A stretch of DNA of 32,000 bases from Candidatus Atelocyanobacterium thalassa isolate ALOHA (GCF_000025125.1 NC_013771.1:360001-392000); one strand, 5' to 3'; counted from the first letter of the stretch, positions 1 to 10,437 are shown. The notes: a model not told the origin generated them from the letters alone. Numbers and translations: made by a program.

Positions 1-1566
1 ACGAGTAACCATTTGTCTCGCTAAGTAAGTTACTTTTTCAAGATCATTACCTGCCCCTGTAGTAACTTCATCTTGTCCAAAAATCACCTCTTCTGCAACA
101 CGTCCTCCCAGAAGACCAGATATTCTAGCTAATATTTGATTGCGAGTAATTAATGCGGATTCTTCTTCGGGAGTAAACCAGGTCAACCCTTTTGCTTGCC
201 CTCTAGGTATTAAAGTTACTTTTTCAACTGATTCATGTTCAGGAATTATTGTCCCTACTAAAGCATGACCAATTTCATGATATGCAATCAACCTTTTACT
301 TTTACTATCAATCAGAGGTGCTCCCTCCATACCAGCAACAACTCTATCTATAGCGTCATAAATTTCTGTCATAGAAATAGTTTTCTTCCTTCTCCTAGCT
401 GTAAAAATTGCGGCTTCATTCAAGAGATTAGCTAGATCAGCACCTGTAAAACCTGGGGTGCGTCTAGCAATAGTTTCCAATGAAACACTTTCGCTAATTT
501 TTTTATTCCGTGAGTGAACTTCTAAAATACCTTGTCTTCCTTTAAGATCAGGATAATCAACGATGACCTGTCTATCAAACCTTCCAGGTCTTGATAAAGC
601 CGCATCTAAAACATCAGGACGATTAGTAGCGGCAATTAAAATTATTCCTGAATTTCCTTCAAAACCATCCATTTCAGTTAATAGCTGATTAAGAGTTTGT
701 TCTCTTTCATCATTACCACCGCCATATCCGACTCCTCTTTGACGACCAACAGCATCTATTTCATCAATAAATATTAGACAGGGAGTATTTTCTTTAGCTT
801 TTTTAAATAGATCTCTAACTCGTGAAGCACCAACACCTACAAACATTTCTACGAATTCTGAACCAGAGATGCTAAAAAAAGGTACTCCAGCTTCTCCAGC
901 TATCGCTTTAGCTAGAAGAGTTTTACCAGTCCCTGGAGGACCAACTAGTAGTACTCCTTTAGGGATTTTTGCTCCAATAGCAGTAAACTTTTCTGGCTCT
1001 TTAAGAAAAGTTACAATTTCTTGTAACTCTTCTTTTGCTTCATCAATTCCAGCTACATCTTCAAAAGAGATACCTGTAGTTACCTCCATTTGAAAACGAG
1101 CTTTAGATTTACTAAAGTTAGTTGTCTGACCTGAGATATTTGTGGATCTTCGAACAATAGTAATAACAATTACCAATATTAGAAGTAAAATTGGAACTTG
1201 GAGAAGCAAACGTACTGCAGTAGAATTATCTGATGACGGACTGTAGTCAATTTTTACGTTATTAGCTTTTAAACTCTGAATCAATTCAGGATTTTTCTCA
1301 AATAGAGTAACTTGTTCAACTATATCGTTGTTGTTAAAGTTAACTTGTGCTTTTTGTAATCTAGGATCGATCTCAATTAGACTTATTTTGCCTGATTTGA
1401 CATCTTCGAGTAATTTACTGTAATTATAAGAATCTTTTTTTTGTTGTCCAAAACAAGGAGAAGACATCAATAATAGATTCAACAAGATACTGGCAGCTAT
1501 TACATTGTTCGTTTTTTTAAACTTAAGTCTATTAGAGTTTAAGCATGGCATATTTTTCTTATGCAT
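1..1566 (-). CDS. ftsH: ATP-dependent zinc metalloprotease FtsH, N-terminal ~520 aa (C-terminus lies beyond the window start)
   Basis: Absent from the ORF track because it runs off the edge. My minus-strand translation gives [49 protein letters not shown] (Walker A), [16 protein letters not shown] (Walker B), [22 protein letters not shown] (second region of homology) and [11 protein letters not shown] (HEXXH zinc site). There are in-frame ATGs at 1566 and 1551, followed by a hydrophobic N-terminal segment. The frame is continuous to position 1. Confidence 0.95.
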   Translation of the reverse strand, partial: MHKKNMPCLNSNRLKFKKTNNVIAASILLNLLLMSSPCFGQQKKDSYNYSKLLEDVKSGKISLIEIDPRLQKAQVNFNNNDIVEQVTLFEKNPELIQSLKANNVKIDYSPSSDNSTAVRLLLQVPILLLILVIVITIVRRSTNISGQTTNFSKSKARFQMEVTTGISFEDVAGIDEAKEELQEIVTFLKEPEKFTAIGAKIPKGVLLVGPPGTGKTLLAKAIAGEAGVPFFSISGSEFVEMFVGVGASRVRDLFKKAKENTPCLIFIDEIDAVGRQRGVGYGGGNDEREQTLNQLLTEMDGFEGNSGIILIAATNRPDVLDAALSRPGRFDRQVIVDYPDLKGRQGILEVHSRNKKISESVSLETIARRTPGFTGADLANLLNEAAIFTARRRKKTISMTEIYDAIDRVVAGMEGAPLIDSKSKRLIAYHEIGHALVGTIIPEHESVEKVTLIPRGQAKGLTWFTPEEESALITRNQILARISGLLGGRVAEEVIFGQDEVTTGAGNDLEKVTYLARQMVTR

Positions 1567-1595
1567 TATATTTGATTTGTATTTTTGCTTTAATA

Positions 1596-1626
1596 AAGTT
1601 GAAAAATATTTCATATTTTTCAACTT
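1596..1626 (-). terminator. Perfect 14-bp stem / 3-nt loop hairpin between the Ycf55-like gene stop and the ftsH start; possible terminator
   Basis: 1596-1609 (aagttgaaaaatat) is the exact reverse complement of 1613-1626, with loop ttc. It lies 68 nt downstream of the stop at 1694. The tail is only weakly T-rich on either strand, so terminator function is uncertain. Confidence 0.35.
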
Positions 1627-1693
1627 GAAGAAATTTTTATTATTAATAAAGATGAAATAGCATTCTTGTATAAGATTTGAAAAAACGATTTGT

Positions 1694-3391
1694 TTATGAT
1701 TTTGAATTAGGATTTATCGTTTTTTTTAAATAATCACTACCAATTAAACTATTTCCAATTCCCTGTAAAATTCCTTTACCTACTAATCCAATGCTACGAC
1801 CGATTATTTGGGTTAGAAGATAAACTATGGCATTTCCAGATGTTTTCAATAGAGAACTTAAAGGTAATGCTATGGCATCTCTAATTTCTAAAATAATTGT
1901 AACAGACCAGCGTATTCTAGTTAATTTATTAAGTTCTTCTTGTCTAGCTGCGTAAACAAACATAAGATTTATTCCTTTATCTTCTAAGAAAAAAAGTTGA
2001 TGTTGACTTTCAAAAATGTTTTTAGGCTCTTGCCAATATTCATTTTTTCTATACTCCCATGCCAATCGATTTCTGAATTTTGCTAATTCTCTTGTTGAAA
2101 TCATGTTTGTATGAAATAAATTTTCTTTAACTCTTTCATTATTTGAAAAATTATTCAATATCAGTGAAATGATTCCGTTCGAGACTTGTATTATAACGTT
2201 ATGTAAAGCCTTTTCTGTTTTCTCTGTTAAATTTACAGTAGTATTTATTGTTAAAGTCTGCTCTTCTACCCAAACATCCTTAAGTAACAAGTAATCTAAT
2301 AATTCTATACAAAAAGGTATTTTATCTAAAATTTCTTTAGATATTAAAACTTCATTATCTTCAATGATTTGCTCAAGTTCTTTTAAAGAAATTTTTTGAG
2401 CAAGTTTGCAATATTTTTCAATAAAAATTAAAGAAGCTTCTCTCCATAACTTCTGCAAAACTGATAGGCTGCTTTTGATAACTCTTTTATTTTCTATCTC
2501 AATAAAATTTATATCTTCTATAATCCTGTATAAGTGTTTAGTAACTATTTTCAAAAGTTCTTTTCTTTTATCACCTTCTAATATATCAATTTCCAAATAT
2601 ACTCTAGTAAAATTACTAGTGTTTTTCTCAATTTTTTCAAGAGTTCGATTAAATATTATTAGGCTATTTACAGGCTGAACTGCACTATTTGTAATCCAAA
2701 AATTCTTTAAAAATGAATCATTTTTGATTTGATTATTTGATTTGTTAGGCTTTTGCCTAAGGACATTAATACTGAAAAGTTTTTCTAATAAATAAGAAAC
2801 TACCAATAGCTCTCTTCTCCTTCCTTTCCAAAATAAGATCTTTAGCTTAGATGCCGAAGGTTTTTTTAAAGTTTCATTAATAAAGATTAGTCGATCTTCA
2901 ATAAGCTTAAGACCATATCTTTGAATACGGGATACCCAATTATTGTTTGTGATTCGGGATCTGGACTTAATAAACTGATGATTTAAAGAAGCTGATTTAT
3001 ATAAAAATTTATTCTGAATTACTTCGTCTAAATTATTTATTAGTACATCAATTTCAATATTTTTATCAAAATATCCTCGGATACCTATTTTTTGAAATTC
3101 TTTTTCTTCTTCAACTCTAAAGTAGCGACTTAAACAACATAATCTAATACTTGGATATTCTCTTCTAATTTTTATACAGAATTGCTTAATAGCTAAAAAA
3201 CTATTAAATAAATTAGGTTCAAAAATAATTATATCAGGTGAATTGGTTGATAATTTTATAAAAATATCAGTTAAATTATCAGCTTGATCAATAATTTTAT
3301 ATCGAGAATCTTTACTTAAGGCTGTTGCTAAACCTAAAAGAAAAATCTGATCCGTATCTAGAATTAGTATAGAAATAGAGCTATCACTCAC
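1694..3391 (-). CDS. Ycf55/DUF3685-like protein with an N-terminal CheY-like receiver domain (acceptor position is Glu)
   Basis: 565-aa ORF with a GTG start (first start codon after the upstream in-frame stop). Residues 6-125 align by eye to CheY: D12, E58 (CheY D57 position, codon 3218-3220), S88 (T87) and K110 (K109). A receiver domain followed by a long alpha-helical C-terminal region is the architecture I recall for cyanobacterial and red-plastid Ycf55 / Pfam DUF3685. The family name comes from memory, not a search. Confidence 0.6.
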   Translation of the reverse strand: MSDSSISILILDTDQIFLLGLATALSKDSRYKIIDQADNLTDIFIKLSTNSPDIIIFEPNLFNSFLAIKQFCIKIRREYPSIRLCCLSRYFRVEEEKEFQKIGIRGYFDKNIEIDVLINNLDEVIQNKFLYKSASLNHQFIKSRSRITNNNWVSRIQRYGLKLIEDRLIFINETLKKPSASKLKILFWKGRRRELLVVSYLLEKLFSINVLRQKPNKSNNQIKNDSFLKNFWITNSAVQPVNSLIIFNRTLEKIEKNTSNFTRVYLEIDILEGDKRKELLKIVTKHLYRIIEDINFIEIENKRVIKSSLSVLQKLWREASLIFIEKYCKLAQKISLKELEQIIEDNEVLISKEILDKIPFCIELLDYLLLKDVWVEEQTLTINTTVNLTEKTEKALHNVIIQVSNGIISLILNNFSNNERVKENLFHTNMISTRELAKFRNRLAWEYRKNEYWQEPKNIFESQHQLFFLEDKGINLMFVYAARQEELNKLTRIRWSVTIILEIRDAIALPLSSLLKTSGNAIVYLLTQIIGRSIGLVGKGILQGIGNSLIGSDYLKKTINPNSKS

Positions 3392-3582
3392 AGTTTTAAA
3401 GGTGAAGACTAATGAGGTTAATAATTAAAATCAGCTTTATTGTAAACACTTATATATGAATAAATCAATATAACAACTACTTATTAATTTTTTTTATTTG
3501 TTATGTATATTTTATAGAAAATTAATCTTAAAAAATTACTAAATTTCGTTGAGTTTTTTGAGAAGAATCGATCTTTGTAATA

Positions 3583-4539
3583 TTAGTTCTTCTCTTCTTT
3601 AGGATCACTTAGATTCATTATATTTTCAATAGTGGCACAATAATCATCTGCTCCAAAGCTAGAAGGAACTATGGTTTTTTTATAAGTAAAATGACGGTAG
3701 TTCATAGAAAAATAATCCCATGCTTCCATACGTAATTGAAAAATTTTAATAAACATATTTGCCAAAGTAATTGACAATGGAATTCGGAAATAAATTCTTT
3801 TATTAAAATACTTACATATTGTTTCTACCGCTTCATTAACTGTTGTTTTTTTATTACCTAAAACAATATCTTTATTTGTAATGGCTAGAGATGGATTTTC
3901 AATTAAATATTTAATAACTTGAGCTATATCTTTTGCATGAATATAATGGAAACTTCCATCTATTTTAAAGAAACGTATTAAACCTATCCATTTTGTAACA
4001 TCGTTAATACCACCAGATAAATGAGAATATGGTTTATTGTGTTCTCCTCCAAAAACTAAAGTAGGAAAAACTGTGACAATCTTTTCATATACTGGTAATT
4101 TTTGTAATTGGGTATAACATTGGTATTTAGTCCGTATATAGTTAGTACCAAGCGTTCTTGCTTCAGGTAGTGGCTTGTTGTTCTTATCTAAGATGCTTGC
4201 AGTAGAAAAATAAATAATTTGCTGACATACTTCAGAGTCTAATAGATTGATTAAATCTATCATTGAACTTACATTAATTTCATAAGATTCTACGTCTCCT
4301 CCCCAGCTTGTTGCAGCTAAAATGGCGATATTAACTGTTTTTAAAAAATCACTTAGCTGATTTATATTTTTCAAATCTTCTTCAATTAAATGTATGCCAG
4401 GACGGCTATTATAATTAAATAACAGCTTATCTGGATTTCTCACTAGGAAATAAAGTTCATAGTCTGTATAGTTAATTAAAGTTTCTGCTATGTAGTGTCC
4501 TATACATCCACTTGCACCTGTTATGAAAATACGTTTCAT
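3583..4539 (-). CDS. NAD(P)-dependent epimerase/dehydratase family (extended SDR) protein
   Basis: 318 aa. N-terminal Rossmann motif MKRIFITGASGCIGHYIAETL (TGxxGxxG), and a length and layout typical of extended SDRs. The substrate cannot be assigned. Confidence 0.75.
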   Translation of the reverse strand: MKRIFITGASGCIGHYIAETLINYTDYELYFLVRNPDKLLFNYNSRPGIHLIEEDLKNINQLSDFLKTVNIAILAATSWGGDVESYEINVSSMIDLINLLDSEVCQQIIYFSTASILDKNNKPLPEARTLGTNYIRTKYQCYTQLQKLPVYEKIVTVFPTLVFGGEHNKPYSHLSGGINDVTKWIGLIRFFKIDGSFHYIHAKDIAQVIKYLIENPSLAITNKDIVLGNKKTTVNEAVETICKYFNKRIYFRIPLSITLANMFIKIFQLRMEAWDYFSMNYRHFTYKKTIVPSSFGADDYCATIENIMNLSDPKEEKN

Positions 4540-4653
4540 TAGTTATTTTTTTATAATACTTTAGACAATAAAAAGATACTAAAACCTTCCTATTGCCGAT
4601 ATATTGTAACAGACTTTGAAAATATATTTATGCTGTTGAGTTTTACAATTTAA

Positions 4654-5700
4654 TTAAATAGTCAAAGTTGTTAATTTATCAATTTGCTTGGCTATTTCGA
4701 AGAAATATCTAACATTTTCTTCTGGTGTTCCTACCACTACTCCATGACCTAAGTTTAAAATATGTCTGCCTTTACCAGCTTTTTGTACTGTATCAATAAT
4801 ACGTTCTTTAATAACTTTGTGAGAACCAAATAATATACCTGGATCAATATTACCTTGTATAGTTATATGATTACTTAAACGTTGCCTAGCTTCTGCCATA
4901 TCTATTGTCCAGTCAATACTTACAATGTCTGCTTTAGAACACTCCATTTGGTTTAGTTTCCCAGCACTACTATTGATATAAAGAATAACAGGAGTATCTG
5001 GGTAAATTTTTTTAATTTTATGAATTACTTGTTGTTGATAAGGAAGTGCAAAAGATTCATAGTCTTGAGGACTTAAATGTCCAGCCCATGAATCAAATAA
5101 TTGTATTATTTGTGCCCCACAAGCGATTTGATGACATGCATAAGTAGCTATTGAATTTGTAATCTTACTTAAAAGTCGATGAAGAATTTCAGGTTCAGAA
5201 AAAGCCATAGCTTTAGTGATAGTATAGTTCTTAGAACTTTTACCTTCAATAGCATAAGCAGCTAATGTCCAAGGTGCACCAACGAAACCTAATACAGTAG
5301 ATTGATTACCTACCTCTTTTCTTAAAGACTGTAAAATTGTTTTCACGAAAGGTAAGGATTCTTCCGGTTCGAGATCATGCAGATCTTCAATTTGTTTTAG
5401 TGTACGAATTGCAGGGGAGATTACTGGTCCTTTATTAGGTATGATATCAAAAGAAACACCCATGCCAGACAATGGAGTCAGTATATCTGAAAACATAATT
5501 ACACCATCTGGCTGAAAAGCATGCCAAGGCTGTAGAGAAATTTCAATAGCAAGATTAGGATTTTCTGATCTTTCTCGGAAACTAGGATATCTATCTCGTA
5601 AATCTCGATATACTTTCATATAACGTCCAGCTTGTCTCATCATCCAAACAGGCGGACGATCTAAAATTTCTCCTCGTGCTGCACGAAGAAGATAAGGCAT
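4654..5700 (-). CDS. hemE: Uroporphyrinogen decarboxylase
   Basis: Hallmark N-terminus [31 protein letters not shown], with full-length similarity to HemE. The track ORF starts at 5718, but the ATG at 5700 ([11 protein letters not shown]) is preceded by AAGGAG (5709-5714) at 8-nt spacing, so 5700 is preferred. Confidence 0.93.
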   Translation of the reverse strand: MPYLLRAARGEILDRPPVWMMRQAGRYMKVYRDLRDRYPSFRERSENPNLAIEISLQPWHAFQPDGVIMFSDILTPLSGMGVSFDIIPNKGPVISPAIRTLKQIEDLHDLEPEESLPFVKTILQSLRKEVGNQSTVLGFVGAPWTLAAYAIEGKSSKNYTITKAMAFSEPEILHRLLSKITNSIATYACHQIACGAQIIQLFDSWAGHLSPQDYESFALPYQQQVIHKIKKIYPDTPVILYINSSAGKLNQMECSKADIVSIDWTIDMAEARQRLSNHITIQGNIDPGILFGSHKVIKERIIDTVQKAGKGRHILNLGHGVVVGTPEENVRYFFEIAKQIDKLTTLTI

Positions 5701-5708
5701 ATTGTCAG

Positions 5709-5714
5709 CTCCTT
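5709..5714 (-). promoter_or_regulatory. Shine-Dalgarno AAGGAG for hemE (supports the 5700 start)
   Basis: The minus strand reads ATGAAAGGAGCTGACAATATG. AAGGAG ends 8 nt before the second ATG. Confidence 0.5.
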
Positions 5715-5906
5715 TCATATAGCTTCCAAGGTAATAAAATTGCTCCTCTAAGGTATCATTAGGCGTGACTTAGTTGTATAGGTTGTAATGAATATTTATT
5801 ATTTTTTAATCTAGAGCACAAGATAATGTAATAAGAAAAAATTTCTATTCATATTTTTATGATTAAATTAATATTTTAGGAATAAAGATGTAAACATTAA
5901 AAATTG

Positions 5907-6515
5907 TTATTTTTTAGCTTTAAGCAATCTTGCAGCTAAAGCTCCTCCTAAAAAACCAAACAAATGACCTTGCCAAGAAATACCTGGTTGTGAAGGCAAC
6001 AATCCAATAATTAGTCCTCCATATAGACAAAATATCAAGATAGATACACATATTGAAATGATTTGCTTTTGAAAATAACCTCTCAGTAATAAAAATCCTA
6101 AATAGCCAAAAATCAGTATACTTGCTCCAATATGAACAGAGTTTGTAGGACCAAATAACCAAACACCTAAACCGCCTATTATTGTAGTTAAAAGAGTTAC
6201 AATCCAGAAATCCTTAGTTCTGTGAAGCATAACAAAGGATCCCAGAACTAAAAAAGGAATAGTGTTATTAATTAAATGAGATAAATCTCCATGTAAAAAA
6301 GGTGCAAAAAAAATACCTCGTAATCCCTTTAAAGTGTGAGGTTGAACACCTAAATTATCTAATTTTCCATGAAAAATAAAAATATCAATCAGCTCTACTA
6401 TCCAAAAAATACTTACAAAACTTCCCAAAATGATAGCTTGTGTTTTAAATTTTTTAGAAAAGCTATTTTTAAATAATTGCCCCATAACGTTTTTAAGTAA
6501 AAATATTATTAACAA
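5907..6515 (-). CDS. Rhomboid-family intramembrane serine protease
   Basis: 202-aa polytopic membrane protein with the rhomboid motifs FLHGDLSHLINN (HxxxxHxxxN), HIGASILIFG (GxSx catalytic Ser) and WQGHLFGFLGG (catalytic His). The start may be the internal Met at residue 11. Confidence 0.8.
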   Translation of the reverse strand: MLIIFLLKNVMGQLFKNSFSKKFKTQAIILGSFVSIFWIVELIDIFIFHGKLDNLGVQPHTLKGLRGIFFAPFLHGDLSHLINNTIPFLVLGSFVMLHRTKDFWIVTLLTTIIGGLGVWLFGPTNSVHIGASILIFGYLGFLLLRGYFQKQIISICVSILIFCLYGGLIIGLLPSQPGISWQGHLFGFLGGALAARLLKAKK

Positions 6516-6567
6516 TAATAACTATTAGTGGTACATTTCATATAAATATTTAGTACTATAAAAGATA

Positions 6568-6936
6568 ATGGACTTTATCAAGATAAAGGGAATTCGCTGC
6601 TATGGTTATACCGGATATGTACCAGAAGAGAAAATTTTAGGACAGTGGTTTGAAGTTAATCTTAGTTTAGGTATGGATTTACACGTTTCAGGAATATCTG
6701 ACTCAATTGAAGATACTTTAGACTATTGTCATGTAATTAATACCGTTAAAGATCAAATTACTTCTGCTAATTTTTCTCTTATAGAAAAATTAGCAGAAGT
6801 AATAGCTCAAAAAGTATTATCTTTCCCAAAAGTTAATGAAGTTAGGATTAATCTAAGTAAACTCTCGCCTCCTATTGATAATTTCGAAGGTAGAGTTACT
6901 ATTAATATTACTCGGAAAAAAGAAGATAACATATAA
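6568..6936 (+). CDS. folB: Dihydroneopterin aldolase
   Basis: 122 aa. IKGIRCYGYTGYVPEEKILGQWFEVNLSL ... DTLDYCHVINTV ... FSLIEKLAEVIA matches the FolB pattern (E..GQ.f.vd, D.l..tvdY, LiE.lA). Confidence 0.85.
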   Translation: MDFIKIKGIRCYGYTGYVPEEKILGQWFEVNLSLGMDLHVSGISDSIEDTLDYCHVINTVKDQITSANFSLIEKLAEVIAQKVLSFPKVNEVRINLSKLSPPIDNFEGRVTINITRKKEDNI

Positions 6937-7099
6937 ATTATATAAGATTGTCTTTTGACAATAAGTTACAACAGAAAACATAATTTAATTTATTAACTAA
7001 AAAATATTTTAAACATTATCTAATCAATGCTAATTAGTGTTTTGATCGATTATTTAACAAAATTAAATATTTAATTAAATTATCAATAACTTTTATTTT

Positions 7100-7666
7100 A
7101 TGAACATTAATTCTGAAATTAGCAGATTATTAGATGTAATGCCTGCTTCGGGTAGAATGTTAACTAAGATTGTCAGTAAATCAACTCAATCAGAGGTAAT
7201 TAGGATACCTTTTGCATTTCCTTGGAACAGAAGTAAGAGACTGATTTATATTAATTTTGATCTTTGGTATCAATTAACAGAAGCCCAGCGAGATTTACTG
7301 ATTTTACGTGTAGGCTTCCAGTTACAAGATGTTTATTCATTTAAATTAAATTTAAACCAATTTATTTTATCTCTCGGTGTTTTAGAGTTATTTATTAAAG
7401 TCCTACAAAGAGATACATTAGGAATTTCTATATTTGGAATATTAATTATCATTTTTACGAAACAATTTTGGTATGGTAATCAAAATATTCAAAAAGAATT
7501 AGATTTTGATAAAGATACAATAAAAGCTTCTCTTAAAAGAGGATATAGAAAAGATGACGCAGCGAAACATCTCTTAGAAGGCATTAAAAAGATAGCTAAA
7601 CTAGAAAGTCATCCTAAATTAGAATCAAAAATTCGTCTAGAATATCTTCAATCTTTTATTAATTAA
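7100..7666 (+). CDS. Conserved hypothetical protein with a central hydrophobic segment (possibly cyanobacterial DUF3318 family, from memory)
   Basis: 188-aa ORF with coding-like composition, an N-terminal EISRLLDVMPASGRM motif and hydrophobic stretches LSLGVLELFIKVL and ISIFGILIIIF. No catalytic motifs were recognised. Confidence 0.5.
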   Translation: MNINSEISRLLDVMPASGRMLTKIVSKSTQSEVIRIPFAFPWNRSKRLIYINFDLWYQLTEAQRDLLILRVGFQLQDVYSFKLNLNQFILSLGVLELFIKVLQRDTLGISIFGILIIIFTKQFWYGNQNIQKELDFDKDTIKASLKRGYRKDDAAKHLLEGIKKIAKLESHPKLESKIRLEYLQSFIN

Positions 7667-9143
7667 TTACTTTAATAGTTTTTAGATCTTGATTATCACA
7701 TCCAGCAATTATTCCTCCCTGTTGTTTAATTTTTACCAAATATTTAATTGCTTCGCCGGTAATAATTTCTCCTGGCATTATTATAGGTATCCCTGGAGGA
7801 TAAGGACATAAAACTTCTCCACTAATTAATCCAGCACTCTTTTCAATAGGAACAATCTTTTTAGAGGCAAAAAAAGCATCTCTGGGAGACATGTTGAAAC
7901 ATGAGAAAACTTTTGATTCATAAGATAAATAAGGTATTGATAGTTCTGAACATGATGAAAGTGTCATCTCCTTAAGTCCTATCAAAGCTTTTACTAAAGA
8001 TATGATATCTTTTTTATTATTTCCTATCGAAATAATAAAAGTTAGAGATGAAAGCATAGGAAGTTCTGCTGTAACGTTGAATTTTGTTCTCAAAACTTTA
8101 TCAATCTTCCAGCCACTAACTCCTAGAGAAGAAATATCAATTGTCAGTCTAGTGATATCTAAATCATAAAATTCTGGTTTCTTATTTATTAATTCTAAAG
8201 TAGAAAATCCGTTAATATTATTAATTTCGCTTCTTGCTAATTCCGATAATTTTATGGTTTTATTTAATAGTTTTTGACCATCAATCATAATCTGCTGTCT
8301 TGCACCATCCAAAGAAGCTAATAATAAGTTACTAGGACTGCTAGATTGCATCAACTGTAAAGCTTGATTAATTTTATTCTCATTAATTAGATTACCCTGT
8401 AAATGCAACATTGAGGCTTGTGTTATTGCACCTAAAACTTTATGTGTGGATTGAATGCTTAGGTCGGCTCCTTCTGACAATGCTGAAGAAGGTAGAGCTG
8501 AATGAAACTGAAAGTGTGCCCCATGTGCTTCATCTACTAGTAAAGGAATGTTATAAGAATGAGTAACTTTTACTATTTCTTTGATATTCCCACAAATACC
8601 ATGATAAGTAGGATGGATTATTAAAACAGCTTTGATATTACCATGCCTTTTCAAAGTTGCTTTTAAAGATTTTGGGGTAATATTCAGAGGTAAATCCCAT
8701 GTAGAATAACATTGAGGATATAAAAAAACAGGAATCGCCCCAGACAAAATTAAGCCGGTAATAACTGAATGATGAATATTTCTTGGTACGATAATTTTGT
8801 CGCCTGGATTACATACTGCTAAAATCCCAGCAGCTATACCACAACTTGAACCATTAACAAGAAACCAAGTTCGTTTGGCTCCAAAAGCTTCTGCAGCAAG
8901 ATCTTGAGCTTCTTTAATTGCTTCGTCAGGAACAAACAAGTTGCCTAATTCTGGTAATTCAGGCAGATCTGATTTGAATACTTTCTTTCCGAGTAAGGAT
9001 AACATTAATTCACTAATCCCTTGACCTCTTTTATGTCCAGGAGCATAAAAAGCTGCATCGTTTCGTCTTCTTAAAACATTTAAGGCCTCAATTAAGGGAG
9101 CTCTATTTTGATTACTAGAACAGATATTGTCAAATATTGTCAT
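7659..9143 (-). CDS. PLP-dependent Orn/Lys/Arg decarboxylase family protein
   Basis: 494 aa. YAPGHKRG near the N-terminus, VDEAHGAHF, and the PLP-lysine motif QSTHKVLGA are typical of the fold-type I basic amino-acid decarboxylases (cad/speA-like) annotated in cyanobacteria. Its stop overlaps the convergent 7100-7666 ORF by 8 nt. Confidence 0.85.
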   Translation of the reverse strand: MTIFDNICSSNQNRAPLIEALNVLRRRNDAAFYAPGHKRGQGISELMLSLLGKKVFKSDLPELPELGNLFVPDEAIKEAQDLAAEAFGAKRTWFLVNGSSCGIAAGILAVCNPGDKIIVPRNIHHSVITGLILSGAIPVFLYPQCYSTWDLPLNITPKSLKATLKRHGNIKAVLIIHPTYHGICGNIKEIVKVTHSYNIPLLVDEAHGAHFQFHSALPSSALSEGADLSIQSTHKVLGAITQASMLHLQGNLINENKINQALQLMQSSSPSNLLLASLDGARQQIMIDGQKLLNKTIKLSELARSEINNINGFSTLELINKKPEFYDLDITRLTIDISSLGVSGWKIDKVLRTKFNVTAELPMLSSLTFIISIGNNKKDIISLVKALIGLKEMTLSSCSELSIPYLSYESKVFSCFNMSPRDAFFASKKIVPIEKSAGLISGEVLCPYPPGIPIIMPGEIITGEAIKYLVKIKQQGGIIAGCDNQDLKTIKVIN

Positions 9144-9445
9144 TTACTTATTATAAGAAAGAATAAATTCAGTAGTTAAAAAACTATTTAAAGGTTTATT
9201 ACTAGATTTTTGAAATTTATAAAATTTATTTTTATTTTTATTATTTGATAACAAAAAATAATATGAAAAGTATTGTTTAAATTTTTTACTTGCAAGATAT
9301 TTTTAAGATATTTTAAAATTCTTGTTTTTTTTATAAATTATGTAATTTATTTTTGTATAACTATTAATGCTTTAGTTAAATATTTTTATTGTTAGAAAAC
9401 ATATTATTTTTTAATAAAATACTTGAAAGATATTTAACTAATATG

Positions 9446-9503
9446 CAATTTTAAGAGCTTTAATGTTATTAATTGATATTAAAGCTCTTAGAATTGTTTT
9501 CTT
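9446..9503 (+). terminator. Orphan intrinsic-terminator-like hairpin (23-bp stem, 5-nt loop, TTTTCTT tail) with no upstream plus-strand gene
   Basis: 9446-9468 pairs with 9474-9496. This gives 20 Watson-Crick pairs plus 3 G-U pairs (9451/9491, 9465/9477, 9467/9475) that exist only in the plus-strand RNA. The stem is followed directly by ttttctt at 9497-9503. Confidence 0.4.
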
Positions 9504-9568
9504 AATTAAATAAACTATTTAAGAAGAAAGATTTCAATTAATGTTAATTGTAAGAAATCAAAATAAAC

Positions 9569-9613
9569 AAATAAATAAATAATCTTTATTTATAGAAGAT
9601 TATTTATTTATTT
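9569..9613 (-). terminator. Perfect 18-bp AT-rich hairpin (9-nt loop) with a T-rich tail on the minus strand; second orphan terminator-like element
   Basis: 9569-9586 (aaataaataaataatctt) is the exact reverse complement of 9596-9613. The minus strand continues GTTTATTTTGATTTC. The arms are low-complexity ((aaat)n-like), which lowers significance. Confidence 0.3.
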
Positions 9614-9782
9614 AAAATCAGAGTATCTATTCACTAAGTGCAAAAGTATAAGAAAAATCATAATATAAATGAACAAAAATCTAACATAATATGACTTTTG
9701 TTTAAAGTAAGTTTTTTACTTAAAACAATCCTTCTTTTATAATCAAAGAAAGGCTTATTAGATTCAATTCTTTATTAATAAC

Positions 9783-10259
9783 ATGGCACTGCTTACTACA
9801 GGGAAAGGTTTTATTCGTGACTTAGAAAAGTCAGGTGCACTTGGAATATTTACTCCTTTAGAGGGAGGGTCAGAAGGACGTTACCAAAGACGTTTACGAC
9901 TTAATGGATATGATAGTTTCTCTCTTACTGCGAAAGGACTTGGGGATATAGAAGCTTATCTTACAAAAGTTCACGGAGTATCTGTTCCTCATTTAGGTAA
10001 AAAAAACATTGGCCAAGAAGCTGCGGTAGGTCCAATATATTTTGTTCCTCCAGTTGCTACCTATAAATTAGATAATCTGTCTCCAAAATCTAAGGGATTA
10101 ATTTTATGGATTATAGAAGGTCACGTCTTATCTAGAGACGAATTAGAATATCTAACAAATCTACCTCACCAAGAACCTCGAATTAAAGTTGTTGTTGAGT
10201 TAGGAGGTGAGCGTTATTTTCGCTGGGAGTCTTTAGAGAAAATTGCTCAAGCGGTTTAA
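9783..10259 (+). CDS. ndhN: NAD(P)H-quinone oxidoreductase (NDH-1) subunit N
   Basis: 158 aa. MALLTTGKGFIRDLEKSGALGIFTPLEGGSEGRYQRRLRLNGY is the characteristic NdhN N-terminus of cyanobacteria and plastids. Confidence 0.9.
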   Translation: MALLTTGKGFIRDLEKSGALGIFTPLEGGSEGRYQRRLRLNGYDSFSLTAKGLGDIEAYLTKVHGVSVPHLGKKNIGQEAAVGPIYFVPPVATYKLDNLSPKSKGLILWIIEGHVLSRDELEYLTNLPHQEPRIKVVVELGGERYFRWESLEKIAQAV

Positions 10260-10263
10260 TACA

Positions 10264-10312
10264 GTTAAGAAGTTATAGTCTTCTGGTAGTTAGAGGATTA
10301 CAACTTCTTAAC
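10264..10312 (+). terminator. Long stem-loop 5 nt after the ndhN stop; terminator in the convergent ndhN/recR gap
   Basis: 10264-10285 pairs with 10291-10312: an 11-bp perfect outer stem (gttaagaagtt/aacttcttaac), one mismatch (10275/10301), then 10 more pairs including 3 G-U pairs that are valid only in the plus-strand RNA. It is followed by atttaaaattttt. Confidence 0.6.
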
Positions 10313-10437
10313 ATTTAAAATTTTTAAAGATTTACTATCCTCGGCAAGGAAGGCTAAATTATTAGCTATTAATATTCTTCAAATAATATTCAATCACTAT
10401 ATATATTTTTTTTCTCTCATACAATTATATAATTTTA

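Noticed and set aside
869-1093. 74-aa plus-strand ORF in the track
   Set aside because: It lies antisense within the ftsH AAA+ domain (the region encoding GPPGTGKT on the minus strand). It is a shadow ORF with no start context or recognisable motif.
2406-2678. 90-aa plus-strand ORF
   Set aside because: It lies antisense inside the 565-aa Ycf55-like gene and has Phe/Ile/Leu/Ser-rich composition typical of AT-rich antisense frames.
5920-6162. 80-aa minus-strand ORF
   Set aside because: It is an alternative frame wholly inside the rhomboid protease gene, which carries all three rhomboid motifs in its own frame.
7659-7666. 8-nt overlap of the convergent stop codons of the 188-aa ORF and the decarboxylase (ttaattaa)
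   Set aside because: It is a trivial consequence of a TAA-rich palindromic sequence and common in compact genomes. It implies no terminator between them but nothing further.
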